Shown: positions 36,514-45,213 of the stretch, one piece after another | Numbering within the stretch: position 1 is the stretch's first letter | Layout of the letters: every line of letters begins with the position of its first letter | IMG/VR virus record: IMGVR_UViG_3300029998_000597 | Source: a virus | Taxonomy: Duplodnaviria > Caudoviricetes | Direction: 5' to 3' (one strand) | DNA length: 64,000 nt | Notes under the pieces: model-generated | Database searches by the model: none | The model's input: the letters and a program-made list of their open reading frames with translations, nothing else | Told to the model about the DNA's origin: nothing | Position numbers and translations under genes: made by a program

Positions 36514-37530
36514 ATGGGAAACATAAACTTTAATAAGTTAGAATTACTGAAACCGAAAATAGGGTTAGACAGAATAGATCAAATAAACCAAAAATTATTT
36601 GTTAATGGGAATATTTTACCAAAACCAGTAACACATAATGAAATTCACGATGATGTAATCCGATTTGTATCAGATGATCTCGCTGTTACTTATGATGGCG
36701 TTAAAGTTCCATCATTTTATTTGAATCAACAACGTTTTTCTGAATTCACAAAAACATGGGAATATGTAGATGAAAATAAAAATATTCAATCAAACTTTAT
36801 TATTATAACAAGAGAAAATAACCCGAAGAAAGGAACACAACAGCAAGATTATTGTAATATTCCTGGGAATTCTTTTTATACTATTGGTACGTCTGATAAA
36901 TGGGATGGTAATAAAAATATCACAATTTCATATAAAATGCGCCAGCCATATACGATTGATTTCATATATAATATTAAGGTAATTTCTAATAAGCTTGACT
37001 TGATTAATACGGTTAATAATAAATTTAACGATATGTTTAAATCAAAACAAGCTTACATATACCCAAATGGTCATTACATGCCTGTTGAACTTGAAGATAT
37101 AACAGATGATAGTGATTATGAATTGGATGAAAGAAAAGTTTTTATTCAGACTTTTCAATTGTTAGTAAAAGGATATATTATAAATGAATCAGATTTATTA
37201 ATCGAGGAGAACATATGTGCCAAGTTAGTTGGATTTGAAATAGAAAATAAAATATATCAAAATATTATAGGTGATTCAAATGAAAATCTAATAGTAGAAT
37301 TTCCAATTAATTCAAAAAATATAAATCGATTAAAATCTTCTACTTATTATACAGTTAAACATATAACAACAAATAACATAGAGAGTTATACAATTAAAAT
37401 TAATGGAGTTTTTGCTGGTCCTATTTTTGACCTGAATAAATATGATAAAATAGAAGTTAAAATTAATAAGATTGATGATTCTAAGATTTCTAAAATTATA
37501 TTCTCCACCAAAATTCCTGCTTCTTACTAA
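36514..37530 (+). CDS. Tail terminator/sheath stabiliser (gp15-like)
   Basis: P..IDFIYNIKVIS, F..KQAY...NGHYMP; synteny before sheath. Confidence 0.55.
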   Translation: MGNINFNKLELLKPKIGLDRIDQINQKLFVNGNILPKPVTHNEIHDDVIRFVSDDLAVTYDGVKVPSFYLNQQRFSEFTKTWEYVDENKNIQSNFIIITRENNPKKGTQQQDYCNIPGNSFYTIGTSDKWDGNKNITISYKMRQPYTIDFIYNIKVISNKLDLINTVNNKFNDMFKSKQAYIYPNGHYMPVELEDITDDSDYELDERKVFIQTFQLLVKGYIINESDLLIEENICAKLVGFEIENKIYQNIIGDSNENLIVEFPINSKNINRLKSSTYYTVKHITTNNIESYTIKINGVFAGPIFDLNKYDKIEVKINKIDDSKISKIIFSTKIPASY

Positions 37531-37636
37531 ATTTATGTTTTAAAATATTATTAAAATAAATTATGTAATTTATTATTTTTTATTATTTTTTAAGTATTTA
37601 TATTAAAATAAATATTTTAAAAATAAATTAATAAAA

Positions 37637-40171
37637 ATGGCAACTAACGCAAGAGGAACGAATACAGCTCCAGATATTTATACAAGGGAGATGAGTTTAC
37701 CATATTCAGTTAAATCGTTGGGTATTACTACTCTTGGTTTAGTTGGTGAAACACAAATTGGACCAGCATTTCAACCTGTGTCTATCTCAGATTGGACTGA
37801 ATTTAATAATTTTTTTGGTGGTACGAATACTGAAAAATATAGTAATGGATATCCTCGTTATGAATTACCTTATATAGCAAAATCATATTTGACTGAATCA
37901 AGTCAATTATACGTAACTAGAGTTCTTGGACTTAGTGGTTTTGAATATAGTGGTCTTTGGACTTTATATAATGATGATGCCACAAATGGTGAAACAGCGT
38001 CTAATCCTATTAGTCCTAATACTGTTATTGCCACTTTAAGGTCAAAAGCGATATATAATGGGGCAGATGAATTAGTTCCATCTGTTACAGGTATCACAAT
38101 ACAAGAGGGTGTTTCTATTACTGGTAATACAACGGATTTTCAAATATTAGCTTATATTAATAGTGGATCAACGGAAACATATAACGTATCATTAGACCCA
38201 AATAAAAAAAATTACATATTGAATGTTCTTGGTAATTCACCTGTTGGGTCTAGTAATGCCAAAATATTTGTTGAAGAAATGTTTGAAGTTGCATTGAAAG
38301 GTTTGATTGACCCTGTAACAAATAATGGTAAATTTTATAATGGAACTACTATTATGATGTCTTTAAAAGATAATGACCATAATAACTATCATAGTACATA
38401 TTCTGGTGCAAAAACACCTTGGTTTGTTTCTGAATTAAAAGGAGGTTTAATTATACCACTTTTTAGATTCTTCACTATTTCCGATGGTGAAAATGCTAAT
38501 AATATGTTTAAAATTAGTATTACTAATATTGATGTTGATGTACTAACATTTAATGTTTTAGTTCGTGGAATTAATGATACCGATGCTAATCCAAATATTT
38601 TAGAAACATTTAGTAATTGTTCATTGGATATTAAAAGCGGTAATAATTATATTGGTGCTAAAATTGGAACAAATGATGGTGTATTTACAAATAAATCGAA
38701 ATATATTATTATTGATATTGATGATAATCCTCTGGTTGCACAATCTGTACCAATGGGATTTACAGGGTATGAAGTTAAAAAAATAGGCGATTATACATGT
38801 TCTAAAATCATTTATAATACATTGTTTAATGATGCGGTAAAAATTAAAAAACAATATTTTGGGTTAAGTAATTTAACTGGTGTCGATAGTGATTTTTTCA
38901 AATTTAATGGTATTGACCCTGTAAGTTTAAATATAACAGATGGCTTCCATTTGGAGAGTGGTGCTTCTAATGTTACAGGTGTTACAGGTGTAGGTACTAT
39001 TAATTTTCAAACTATTCAGACTGGTGAAACTGAGGATTTAGTTCTTTCAGATATAAATTTAAGAAAATTTACCACTTATTTTTATGGTGGTTTTGATGGT
39101 TGGGATATTTTTCGAGATAATAGAACAACTACTAATAATTACCAATATAATCAATTTAATAGAAATCACTTGAATCAAATTGGTGTAGATGCATATTCTG
39201 GAAAACAATTCTATAAATTTGGTGGTTCAGATTTAGATTCAAAGCTTGGTATCCCTAATATAACTGAAACATACGGATTAACTTCTGATTTTTATGCATT
39301 TTGGTCTGCTATTAGAACATTTTCAAATCCAGAGGCGGCTGATATTAATGTTTTTGCTACCCCTGGTATTGATACTATTAATAATAGCATATTGGTTAAT
39401 GAAGTTTTAGATATGATTGAAACAGAAAGAAAAGATTCAATATATATCGTAACAACCCCTGATAAACCAATAGGAACGTTTGATGATGCTAAATCTTCAA
39501 TGTATTCCGTTAATGATATTGTAAATGCTTTTTCAGATACTGGAATTGATTCAAGTTATGCTGCAACTTATTTTCCTTGGATTCAATATTTTGACAAGGA
39601 CAACTCACAATATATCTATCTTTCACCAACAAAAGATGTTGTTAGAAATATAGCAATGACGGATAATACAGCTGCAGCTTGGATTGCACCTGCTGGTATG
39701 TCTCGTGGTATTGTTGATTGTATTAAGGCTAAAAAGAACTTAGTAATTGGGGAACTTAATAAATTATCATCTAGTAGAATTAACGCTCTTAGGACTTTCT
39801 CTGTTGAGGGTGTTAGAGTATTTAAACAAGATACATTACAAATTAATGAAGCACAATTAAATAAAGTTGGTGTTAGACGTTTAATGTTATTTCTTCGTAA
39901 ATCTATTCGTAGAGGTAATTTACCTTTGATTTTTGAACCAGAAGATAATACAACTAAAAATAAATTTTTAGAAATAGTTAACCCTATACTAACTGCTGTT
40001 AAAAGTGGTCGTGGAATCTCAGATTCTTTTATTAAAATAGATGACTCTGTTGAAGCAAAATTAAAACATGAAATGAATGTTCAGATTGGAGTAAAACCAA
40101 TTGGAGCTCTTGAATTTATTAATATTGACTTTATTATAGCCGATGATGGATTTGATTTTAAATCACTTTAA
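37637..40171 (+). CDS. gp18: Contractile tail sheath protein (gp18-like)
   Basis: PDIYTRE..L, GLVGET..GPAF.PV N-terminus; INVFATPGID, YAATYFPW, W.APAG..RG, VGVRRL, FEP, VKPIGALEFINIDF. Confidence 0.93.
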   Translation: MATNARGTNTAPDIYTREMSLPYSVKSLGITTLGLVGETQIGPAFQPVSISDWTEFNNFFGGTNTEKYSNGYPRYELPYIAKSYLTESSQLYVTRVLGLSGFEYSGLWTLYNDDATNGETASNPISPNTVIATLRSKAIYNGADELVPSVTGITIQEGVSITGNTTDFQILAYINSGSTETYNVSLDPNKKNYILNVLGNSPVGSSNAKIFVEEMFEVALKGLIDPVTNNGKFYNGTTIMMSLKDNDHNNYHSTYSGAKTPWFVSELKGGLIIPLFRFFTISDGENANNMFKISITNIDVDVLTFNVLVRGINDTDANPNILETFSNCSLDIKSGNNYIGAKIGTNDGVFTNKSKYIIIDIDDNPLVAQSVPMGFTGYEVKKIGDYTCSKIIYNTLFNDAVKIKKQYFGLSNLTGVDSDFFKFNGIDPVSLNITDGFHLESGASNVTGVTGVGTINFQTIQTGETEDLVLSDINLRKFTTYFYGGFDGWDIFRDNRTTTNNYQYNQFNRNHLNQIGVDAYSGKQFYKFGGSDLDSKLGIPNITETYGLTSDFYAFWSAIRTFSNPEAADINVFATPGIDTINNSILVNEVLDMIETERKDSIYIVTTPDKPIGTFDDAKSSMYSVNDIVNAFSDTGIDSSYAATYFPWIQYFDKDNSQYIYLSPTKDVVRNIAMTDNTAAAWIAPAGMSRGIVDCIKAKKNLVIGELNKLSSSRINALRTFSVEGVRVFKQDTLQINEAQLNKVGVRRLMLFLRKSIRRGNLPLIFEPEDNTTKNKFLEIVNPILTAVKSGRGISDSFIKIDDSVEAKLKHEMNVQIGVKPIGALEFINIDFIIADDGFDFKSL

Positions 40172-40182
40172 CAAATAAATCA

Positions 40183-40218
40183 AAAATCCCCGTTAGAAAC
40201 CAATCTAACGGGGATTTT
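40183..40218. terminator. Bidirectional intrinsic terminator
   Basis: AAAATCCCCGTTAG-AAACCAAT-CTAACGGGGATTTT. Confidence 0.8.
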
Positions 40219-40255
40219 CTTTTCTGAACTTCGAGAGAGGTTGACAGTTTTATTG

Positions 40256-40438
40256 TTAACTAAAAAACACATTAAAAAATCCACCCCAATAAAGAATTGC
40301 GGCTGTGATTATAATACTGGCACTTGTTGTGTAAATATTATATTTTTGACCAATTTCTGGTCGTGGTTTACCATGTCTTAAAGATGTTATAATTAAATTA
40401 AATAACCATAGTACTAAAGTGATTATCTGTGGAGTCAT
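40256..40438 (-). CDS. Small two-TM membrane protein
   Basis: Two hydrophobic stretches flanking LRHGKPRP. Confidence 0.55.
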   Translation of the reverse strand: MTPQIITLVLWLFNLIITSLRHGKPRPEIGQKYNIYTTSASIIITAAILYWGGFFNVFFS

Positions 40439-40599
40439 AGTTATTTATATTTCTAAATCTTTAAATATTAATAACACTAACGTTAGATCTATCCCGAATT
40501 CCCATAATTTACTTGCTTGGTAAGCAATAGCTGCATCTCTAAAGCATAAAATTATTACCAACACACATATTATATTCCATATAAATTTCCACATATTAT

Positions 40600-40968
40600 T
40601 TATTTTTCTGAATATTTCCAATCTATTTTGTAATTTATTGTTGAATAAATTCCTGGTTTTAACCCTACACCAATAAATTGTACTAATAAACTCATTATAA
40701 ATTCAATATTATCAACAAGATACATATGGTAAGATAACATTTCTGTCTCTGCTTCAAATCCAAATTTTTTACCATTGTAATCCGTTTCGGTTCCTGGTGT
40801 GAATTTATCCCATTTACCTAAAATAATAGCAAGATCTTCCATTAAATAATCTCCGCCATAAGGGCTGTATACATCTAATTCGATTTTATAATCGCCGACC
40901 TTAGTAAATTTAAAATTTTTTATTAATAAAATGTGCTCGTTTGTTAAATTTAATTTTATTTTTGACAT
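40600..40968 (-). CDS. Hypothetical early protein
   Basis: 122 aa in antisense island; SPYGG motif. Confidence 0.55.
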   Translation of the reverse strand: MSKIKLNLTNEHILLIKNFKFTKVGDYKIELDVYSPYGGDYLMEDLAIILGKWDKFTPGTETDYNGKKFGFEAETEMLSYHMYLVDNIEFIMSLLVQFIGVGLKPGIYSTINYKIDWKYSEK

Positions 40969-41183
40969 GTTTTAATTAATTTTATTATATTATTTTTATT
41001 AATTATTCTTGTATTTTCAAAACCATCTATTTTGACTTCAATAACATCTTCTATTTCCATTTTAGTAGGATTAAATAATTTATCAATAGAAATTATTTTA
41101 CCTTTTAATTCATTAAGATTGTTTTCTTTAAAGTTAATAGTTTTAATACTATCTCCTGTGTTAAAATAATTTTCCCCTATCAT
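40956..41183 (-). CDS. Small hypothetical protein
   Basis: Coupled ORF in antisense island. Confidence 0.45.
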   Translation of the reverse strand: MIGENYFNTGDSIKTINFKENNLNELKGKIISIDKLFNPTKMEIEDVIEVKIDGFENTRIINKNNIIKLIKTCQK

Positions 41184-41184
41184 T

Positions 41185-41580
41185 TTACTCTAAAATTTTA
41201 ATATAACCACAAAAATTATTTTTATATTCCTTAACTAATTTTTTTGGTACATTTTTTATGTTTGTTAGTTCAACACATTCAAACTCGTTATTATTTTGAA
41301 TTGATATGTATTTAATAGTAAATATATCATCTCTATATATATAAATTATATTTTTTAATGTTTTTTTAAAAATAACTCTATATCTTAAGTCTAATATTTC
41401 ATTATTATAATGATCTAATTTTTCAAATTCATTCTGGTATTTCAGTGGGACTTCAATAGTATTTGCACCACCAATTAGTGTTTCGGAACATATCTTATTT
41501 GATATCTCCTTAATTATAATTAATAAATACAACTTTAAATCTTTATAATAAATCTCCTCATAAAATTTACAGTTTTTCAT
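41185..41580 (-). CDS. Hypothetical early protein
   Basis: Directly downstream of a minus-strand TTG-N20-TACATTTG promoter (41592-41622). Confidence 0.5.
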   Translation of the reverse strand: MKNCKFYEEIYYKDLKLYLLIIIKEISNKICSETLIGGANTIEVPLKYQNEFEKLDHYNNEILDLRYRVIFKKTLKNIIYIYRDDIFTIKYISIQNNNEFECVELTNIKNVPKKLVKEYKNNFCGYIKILE

Positions 41581-41688
41581 GTTATTTTATACAAATGTAC
41601 GAATAATATTTAAGAAAAACAACTTTATTTTAATTTATTTTATTAAAAAAATAAAAAACACTATATTTATTTATATAAAATTAATATT

Positions 41689-41946
41689 ATGGATACAATA
41701 AAATTAAAACAGTGGTTTAAAATTAGTTTTACATTAGATTTTACTAGTAGTAAACTTTTAGCTTATATTATTGTAGGGCTTGGCACCTGGGTCTCATTAG
41801 CTTTAAAATCTGAAGCGCCTTTTACTATTTCTGTTTTGGCTGGTACCGCTTTATTCGGCGTTAAAATGTACACAGATAATAAAGTTAATAAGCTTGGTGA
41901 TAAGATTATTGAAAATGTTGAAAATAAAATTGAAAATACAATATAA
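41689..41946 (+). CDS. Two-TM small membrane protein, holin-like
   Basis: KLLAYIIVGLGTWVSLAL and FTISVLAGTALFGV with charged C-terminus. Confidence 0.4.
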   Translation: MDTIKLKQWFKISFTLDFTSSKLLAYIIVGLGTWVSLALKSEAPFTISVLAGTALFGVKMYTDNKVNKLGDKIIENVENKIENTI

Positions 41947-42020
41947 TATTTTAAAGATAATTACCAAAAAAATAAAAATATCTGTATTTATATTTAAATA
42001 AGAAATTTATATACTATCCA

Positions 42021-42377
42021 ATGACTAATAACGAAGAACAAGATATTCGCGAAATATTAAATGAAATAAGAACTACATTTGATAAATCAAAGATTTTAGC
42101 TGAAGCATTTACATTTCCTACAGATACCCACGAAAAACCATCTGAGGTACTTAAAATAAATACCGATTTGCGTCCTGAAATGAAACCAGAGGGTATTAAT
42201 AAACCTATTGATTCTATAATTGATAAAATAAATATAATTAGAAAATCAGCAATTTCAATTATGGGTGAAATCGACCCATCTGAAAAGGCTGATGATTATA
42301 AATCAATAAGAACAATTTTAGATGCTTGTGATAAACTAATTACGCCTAAAGCTGAAAAATCAGAATTAAATAACTAA
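42021..42377 (+). CDS. Hypothetical protein with ILNE/ILAE motifs (putative head protein)
   Basis: TATTTATA at 41985-41992. Confidence 0.45.
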   Translation: MTNNEEQDIREILNEIRTTFDKSKILAEAFTFPTDTHEKPSEVLKINTDLRPEMKPEGINKPIDSIIDKINIIRKSAISIMGEIDPSEKADDYKSIRTILDACDKLITPKAEKSELNN

Positions 42378-42393
42378 TTTAAAAAATAAAAAT

Positions 42394-42882
42394 ATGTCAG
42401 AATTATTAAACCAAATCCCTCTCAAATTTGAACCGTTGAAAAATAATAGATTCATTGTTAAATTTCCATCTGATATGGGTATTCAATCTTGGTTTGTTTC
42501 TTCTTCTGGTATGCCATCTATTAATCAAAATTCTGTCGAAATTCCTTGGATGAATACATCTACTTATGTATTGGGTCGTTATACTTGGGAAAAAATAGAT
42601 GTTACTTTTAGAAATTTAATAGGTCCATCAACAGCACAAGCTATAATGGAATGGGTTAGATTAGAATCAGAAGAAGTAACTGGAAGGCAGGGTTACGCTG
42701 CTGGATATAAACGCGATGTTTCAATTGAATTATTAGACCCAACAGGGGTTTCGGTTCAAAAGTGGATATTAAAAAATGCATTTCCAACTACCGTATCTTT
42801 TGGGTCATTAAAGTATGATGATGATGCAATTAATGAGATAACTTGTAGTTTAGCGTATGATTATGGAATTTTGGTTTTTTAA
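42394..42882 (+). CDS. gp19: Tail tube protein (T4 gp19-like)
   Basis: EP...NRF, P.I......IPWMN...YV.GR..W, QA.MEW.R, GY..GYKRD....LLDPTG...QKW.L...FP. Confidence 0.9.
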   Translation: MSELLNQIPLKFEPLKNNRFIVKFPSDMGIQSWFVSSSGMPSINQNSVEIPWMNTSTYVLGRYTWEKIDVTFRNLIGPSTAQAIMEWVRLESEEVTGRQGYAAGYKRDVSIELLDPTGVSVQKWILKNAFPTTVSFGSLKYDDDAINEITCSLAYDYGILVF

Positions 42883-43001
42883 AAATTAAATACAATTTCT
42901 TTATATATTCTTTTTTTTTATTTGGTTTGATATATTAATATGTCAAACCAAATTTTTTTGCTTAAATGAATAAAAAAATAATTATAATATATTTATAATA
43001 A

Positions 43002-43484
43002 ATGAAACAACCTATTAATAACAATACAGGTATTAAACCTAAAAAAAAGAAAGAGGTTAAAGAATATAAATGTGGCTATGGAACATCTAAGCTTGAAATA
43101 TATTTTAAAGAAAATTTTTTAGATAAATTGGAAATTGAATATGAATATCAAAAGGAATTCAAATCATTAAAACGTGTTTGGGATTTTTATTTACCTAAAT
43201 GCTTGATACTCATTGAAATAGATGGGGATTATTATCATAATAATCCTGAAACAAATAAAAAACCACCAAATAGAATGCAAAATAAAAATAAACGTTCTGA
43301 TGAAGCCAAAAATAGGTGGGCGGCTATAAATGGAATAGTTTTAATAAGAATATGGGAAAATGATATTCATAAAAAACCAGAAATGGTTATGGAGATGCTG
43401 CGAAAAAGAACTGGTGCCGAAAAAGAAAAACAAATTATTATTGAGAAAAAGAAAACTGGTGAATTTTACCATAATAAAACCTAA
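43002..43484 (+). CDS. DUF559/Vsr-like endonuclease
   Basis: SKLE..F, WDFYLP..LILIEIDGDYYH, DEAKN.WA..NG..LIRIWE. Confidence 0.75.
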   Translation: MKQPINNNTGIKPKKKKEVKEYKCGYGTSKLEIYFKENFLDKLEIEYEYQKEFKSLKRVWDFYLPKCLILIEIDGDYYHNNPETNKKPPNRMQNKNKRSDEAKNRWAAINGIVLIRIWENDIHKKPEMVMEMLRKRTGAEKEKQIIIEKKKTGEFYHNKT

Positions 43485-43543
43485 CCAATTATTTAAACAT
43501 AAAATAATTAAGCTAAAATATTTAATATAATAACTAATATCTA

Positions 43544-44692
43544 ATGATGACAAAAGAAGAAAAAATGCGTGAGTCCGAAAGTGAATTTTTAAATGAAGCT
43601 TTACGTGAGGCGATAGAAAAAAATAGCCAGGGTGTAAATGCGTTGGAAAAAATAACACCTAAAATATCAAACCAACAAAAACTGTCCCCAAAAATAGTTG
43701 AAGATTATATTGAAGATGATTATATACCAGAGGTTAGTAATTATGAAAATGAAGAATTTGAAGGTGAAGAATCATATGATGTGGCTTACGATAAAATTAA
43801 ATTACCAAGTAATGGATTAATCTATGGTAAAAACTTTAAAAATTCTAAGATAGCTGTTAGTTATTTAACTGGATCAGATGAAGATATTATATCTAATCCT
43901 GGTATTTATACGGAAACAATTAATGGTGAGAGTCAATTATTCGATGTTTTATTACGCCGAAAAATTTTAGATAAAAATATTAGGCCAGAGTTACTTTGTA
44001 ATGCTGATAGGGATGCTATAATTGTATGGCTTCGATCTACTAGTTATGGTAATTATCCAATTTCAACTGTTGATCCAGATACTGGTGAACGTTTTGATAC
44101 GGAAATTGATTTAAGTCAGATTAAACCAAAAGAATTTACTCTTACACCAAACGAAAATGGTTATTTCCAATTTGTGTTACCACAGTCAAATGATGTAATT
44201 GAATTTAGATTTCTGGTACATAAAGATGAACTTGATTATAATAAGTTATTACAAAAATCCAACAAAAAATTAAAAAAACACGCATTAAATAGTGCTAAGG
44301 ATTTATTAATTGAAATTATAGGTGAAGATACATCTATTGATAAATTATCAAAAACAAAATTAGATAACGCATTAAAACTTGTCGATGAATACGTTGGTTC
44401 TATAGAGGATACAGATGATTATTTAAATGCAAAGGGTATTACGTTTAGACTTGAAAAATCAGTTATTTCAATAAATGGTGAAAAAAATAGAAATTATATT
44501 CATAATTATATTAAAAACATACGTGTATATGATTCGTTGGCATTAAGAAGGTTTATAACAGATAATATACCTTCTTTGAATTATCAAATAACCATTACCC
44601 GACCTGAAACAACAAATTCGAGTCTTGGAGGTGGCTCTGAATTTACTACGTTTCTTACGCTCGACGAAACTATTTTTCTCAATTACAAGTGA
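43544..44692 (+). CDS. Baseplate hub assembly chaperone (T4 gp26-like)
   Basis: I.LPS.G..Y, VSYLT..DEDI, L...DR.AI..WLR..SYG, .DS..LR.FI.DN.P. Confidence 0.72.
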   Translation: MMTKEEKMRESESEFLNEALREAIEKNSQGVNALEKITPKISNQQKLSPKIVEDYIEDDYIPEVSNYENEEFEGEESYDVAYDKIKLPSNGLIYGKNFKNSKIAVSYLTGSDEDIISNPGIYTETINGESQLFDVLLRRKILDKNIRPELLCNADRDAIIVWLRSTSYGNYPISTVDPDTGERFDTEIDLSQIKPKEFTLTPNENGYFQFVLPQSNDVIEFRFLVHKDELDYNKLLQKSNKKLKKHALNSAKDLLIEIIGEDTSIDKLSKTKLDNALKLVDEYVGSIEDTDDYLNAKGITFRLEKSVISINGEKNRNYIHNYIKNIRVYDSLALRRFITDNIPSLNYQITITRPETTNSSLGGGSEFTTFLTLDETIFLNYK

Positions 44693-44876
44693 TTTTAAAG
44701 GAAAATTATGGGATGAGTTTTGGGGGTGTCAGGCATATATTGGTCTTGATATGCCTTTAATAAAAAGTATGCCAGTTTATGAACGTAAATACCAAATAGC
44801 AAGGCATAATGATAAAACAAAAACAGATGCTGAGGAACGAGAATCCGCAATAAGAAATAGGAAGAATAAAAAATAA
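44625..44876 (+). CDS. Small tail assembly protein (gp51-like/tape-measure chaperone)
   Basis: LWDEF......G......KSMPVYERKY.I; located between gp26-like and tape measure. Confidence 0.5.
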   Translation: MEVALNLLRFLRSTKLFFSITSDFKGKLWDEFWGCQAYIGLDMPLIKSMPVYERKYQIARHNDKTKTDAEERESAIRNRKNKK

Positions 44877-44917
44877 TAAAACGGTAGGACTAATTAAACT
44901 GTTCTACCGTTTTATCG

Positions 44918-45076
44918 TTATGCTATCCACGCAAATAGGAAGAATATCCCAACTATTATAGCTATTCCAATAATTCTAGCAAAAAACCAAAGTAAAGTAA
45001 CACCCCACCAATCATTTGAATCGTAAATTTCCTGTGTTCCCTTGACTGGCTCGTGTATCCAATATCTCTTTTCCAT
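44918..45076 (-). CDS. 52-aa single-TM protein (MEKRYWIHEPVKG...; not in ORF track)
   Basis: ATG 45076, TAA 44918-44920; hydrophobic C-half; terminator hairpin at 44878-44913. Confidence 0.5.
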   Translation of the reverse strand: MEKRYWIHEPVKGTQEIYDSNDWWGVTLLWFFARIIGIAIIVGIFFLFAWIA

Positions 45077-45213
45077 AATAATTTAATTTAAATTGTTTTA
45101 ATTCTGTGTTAGTGAAATACAAAAATAAAACAATGTTTTCAAATAAACAAATAATTTAAGTATTCTTAAATCAAATTTTTAAAACCATATATTTATACTA
45201 AACAACTTTTAAT

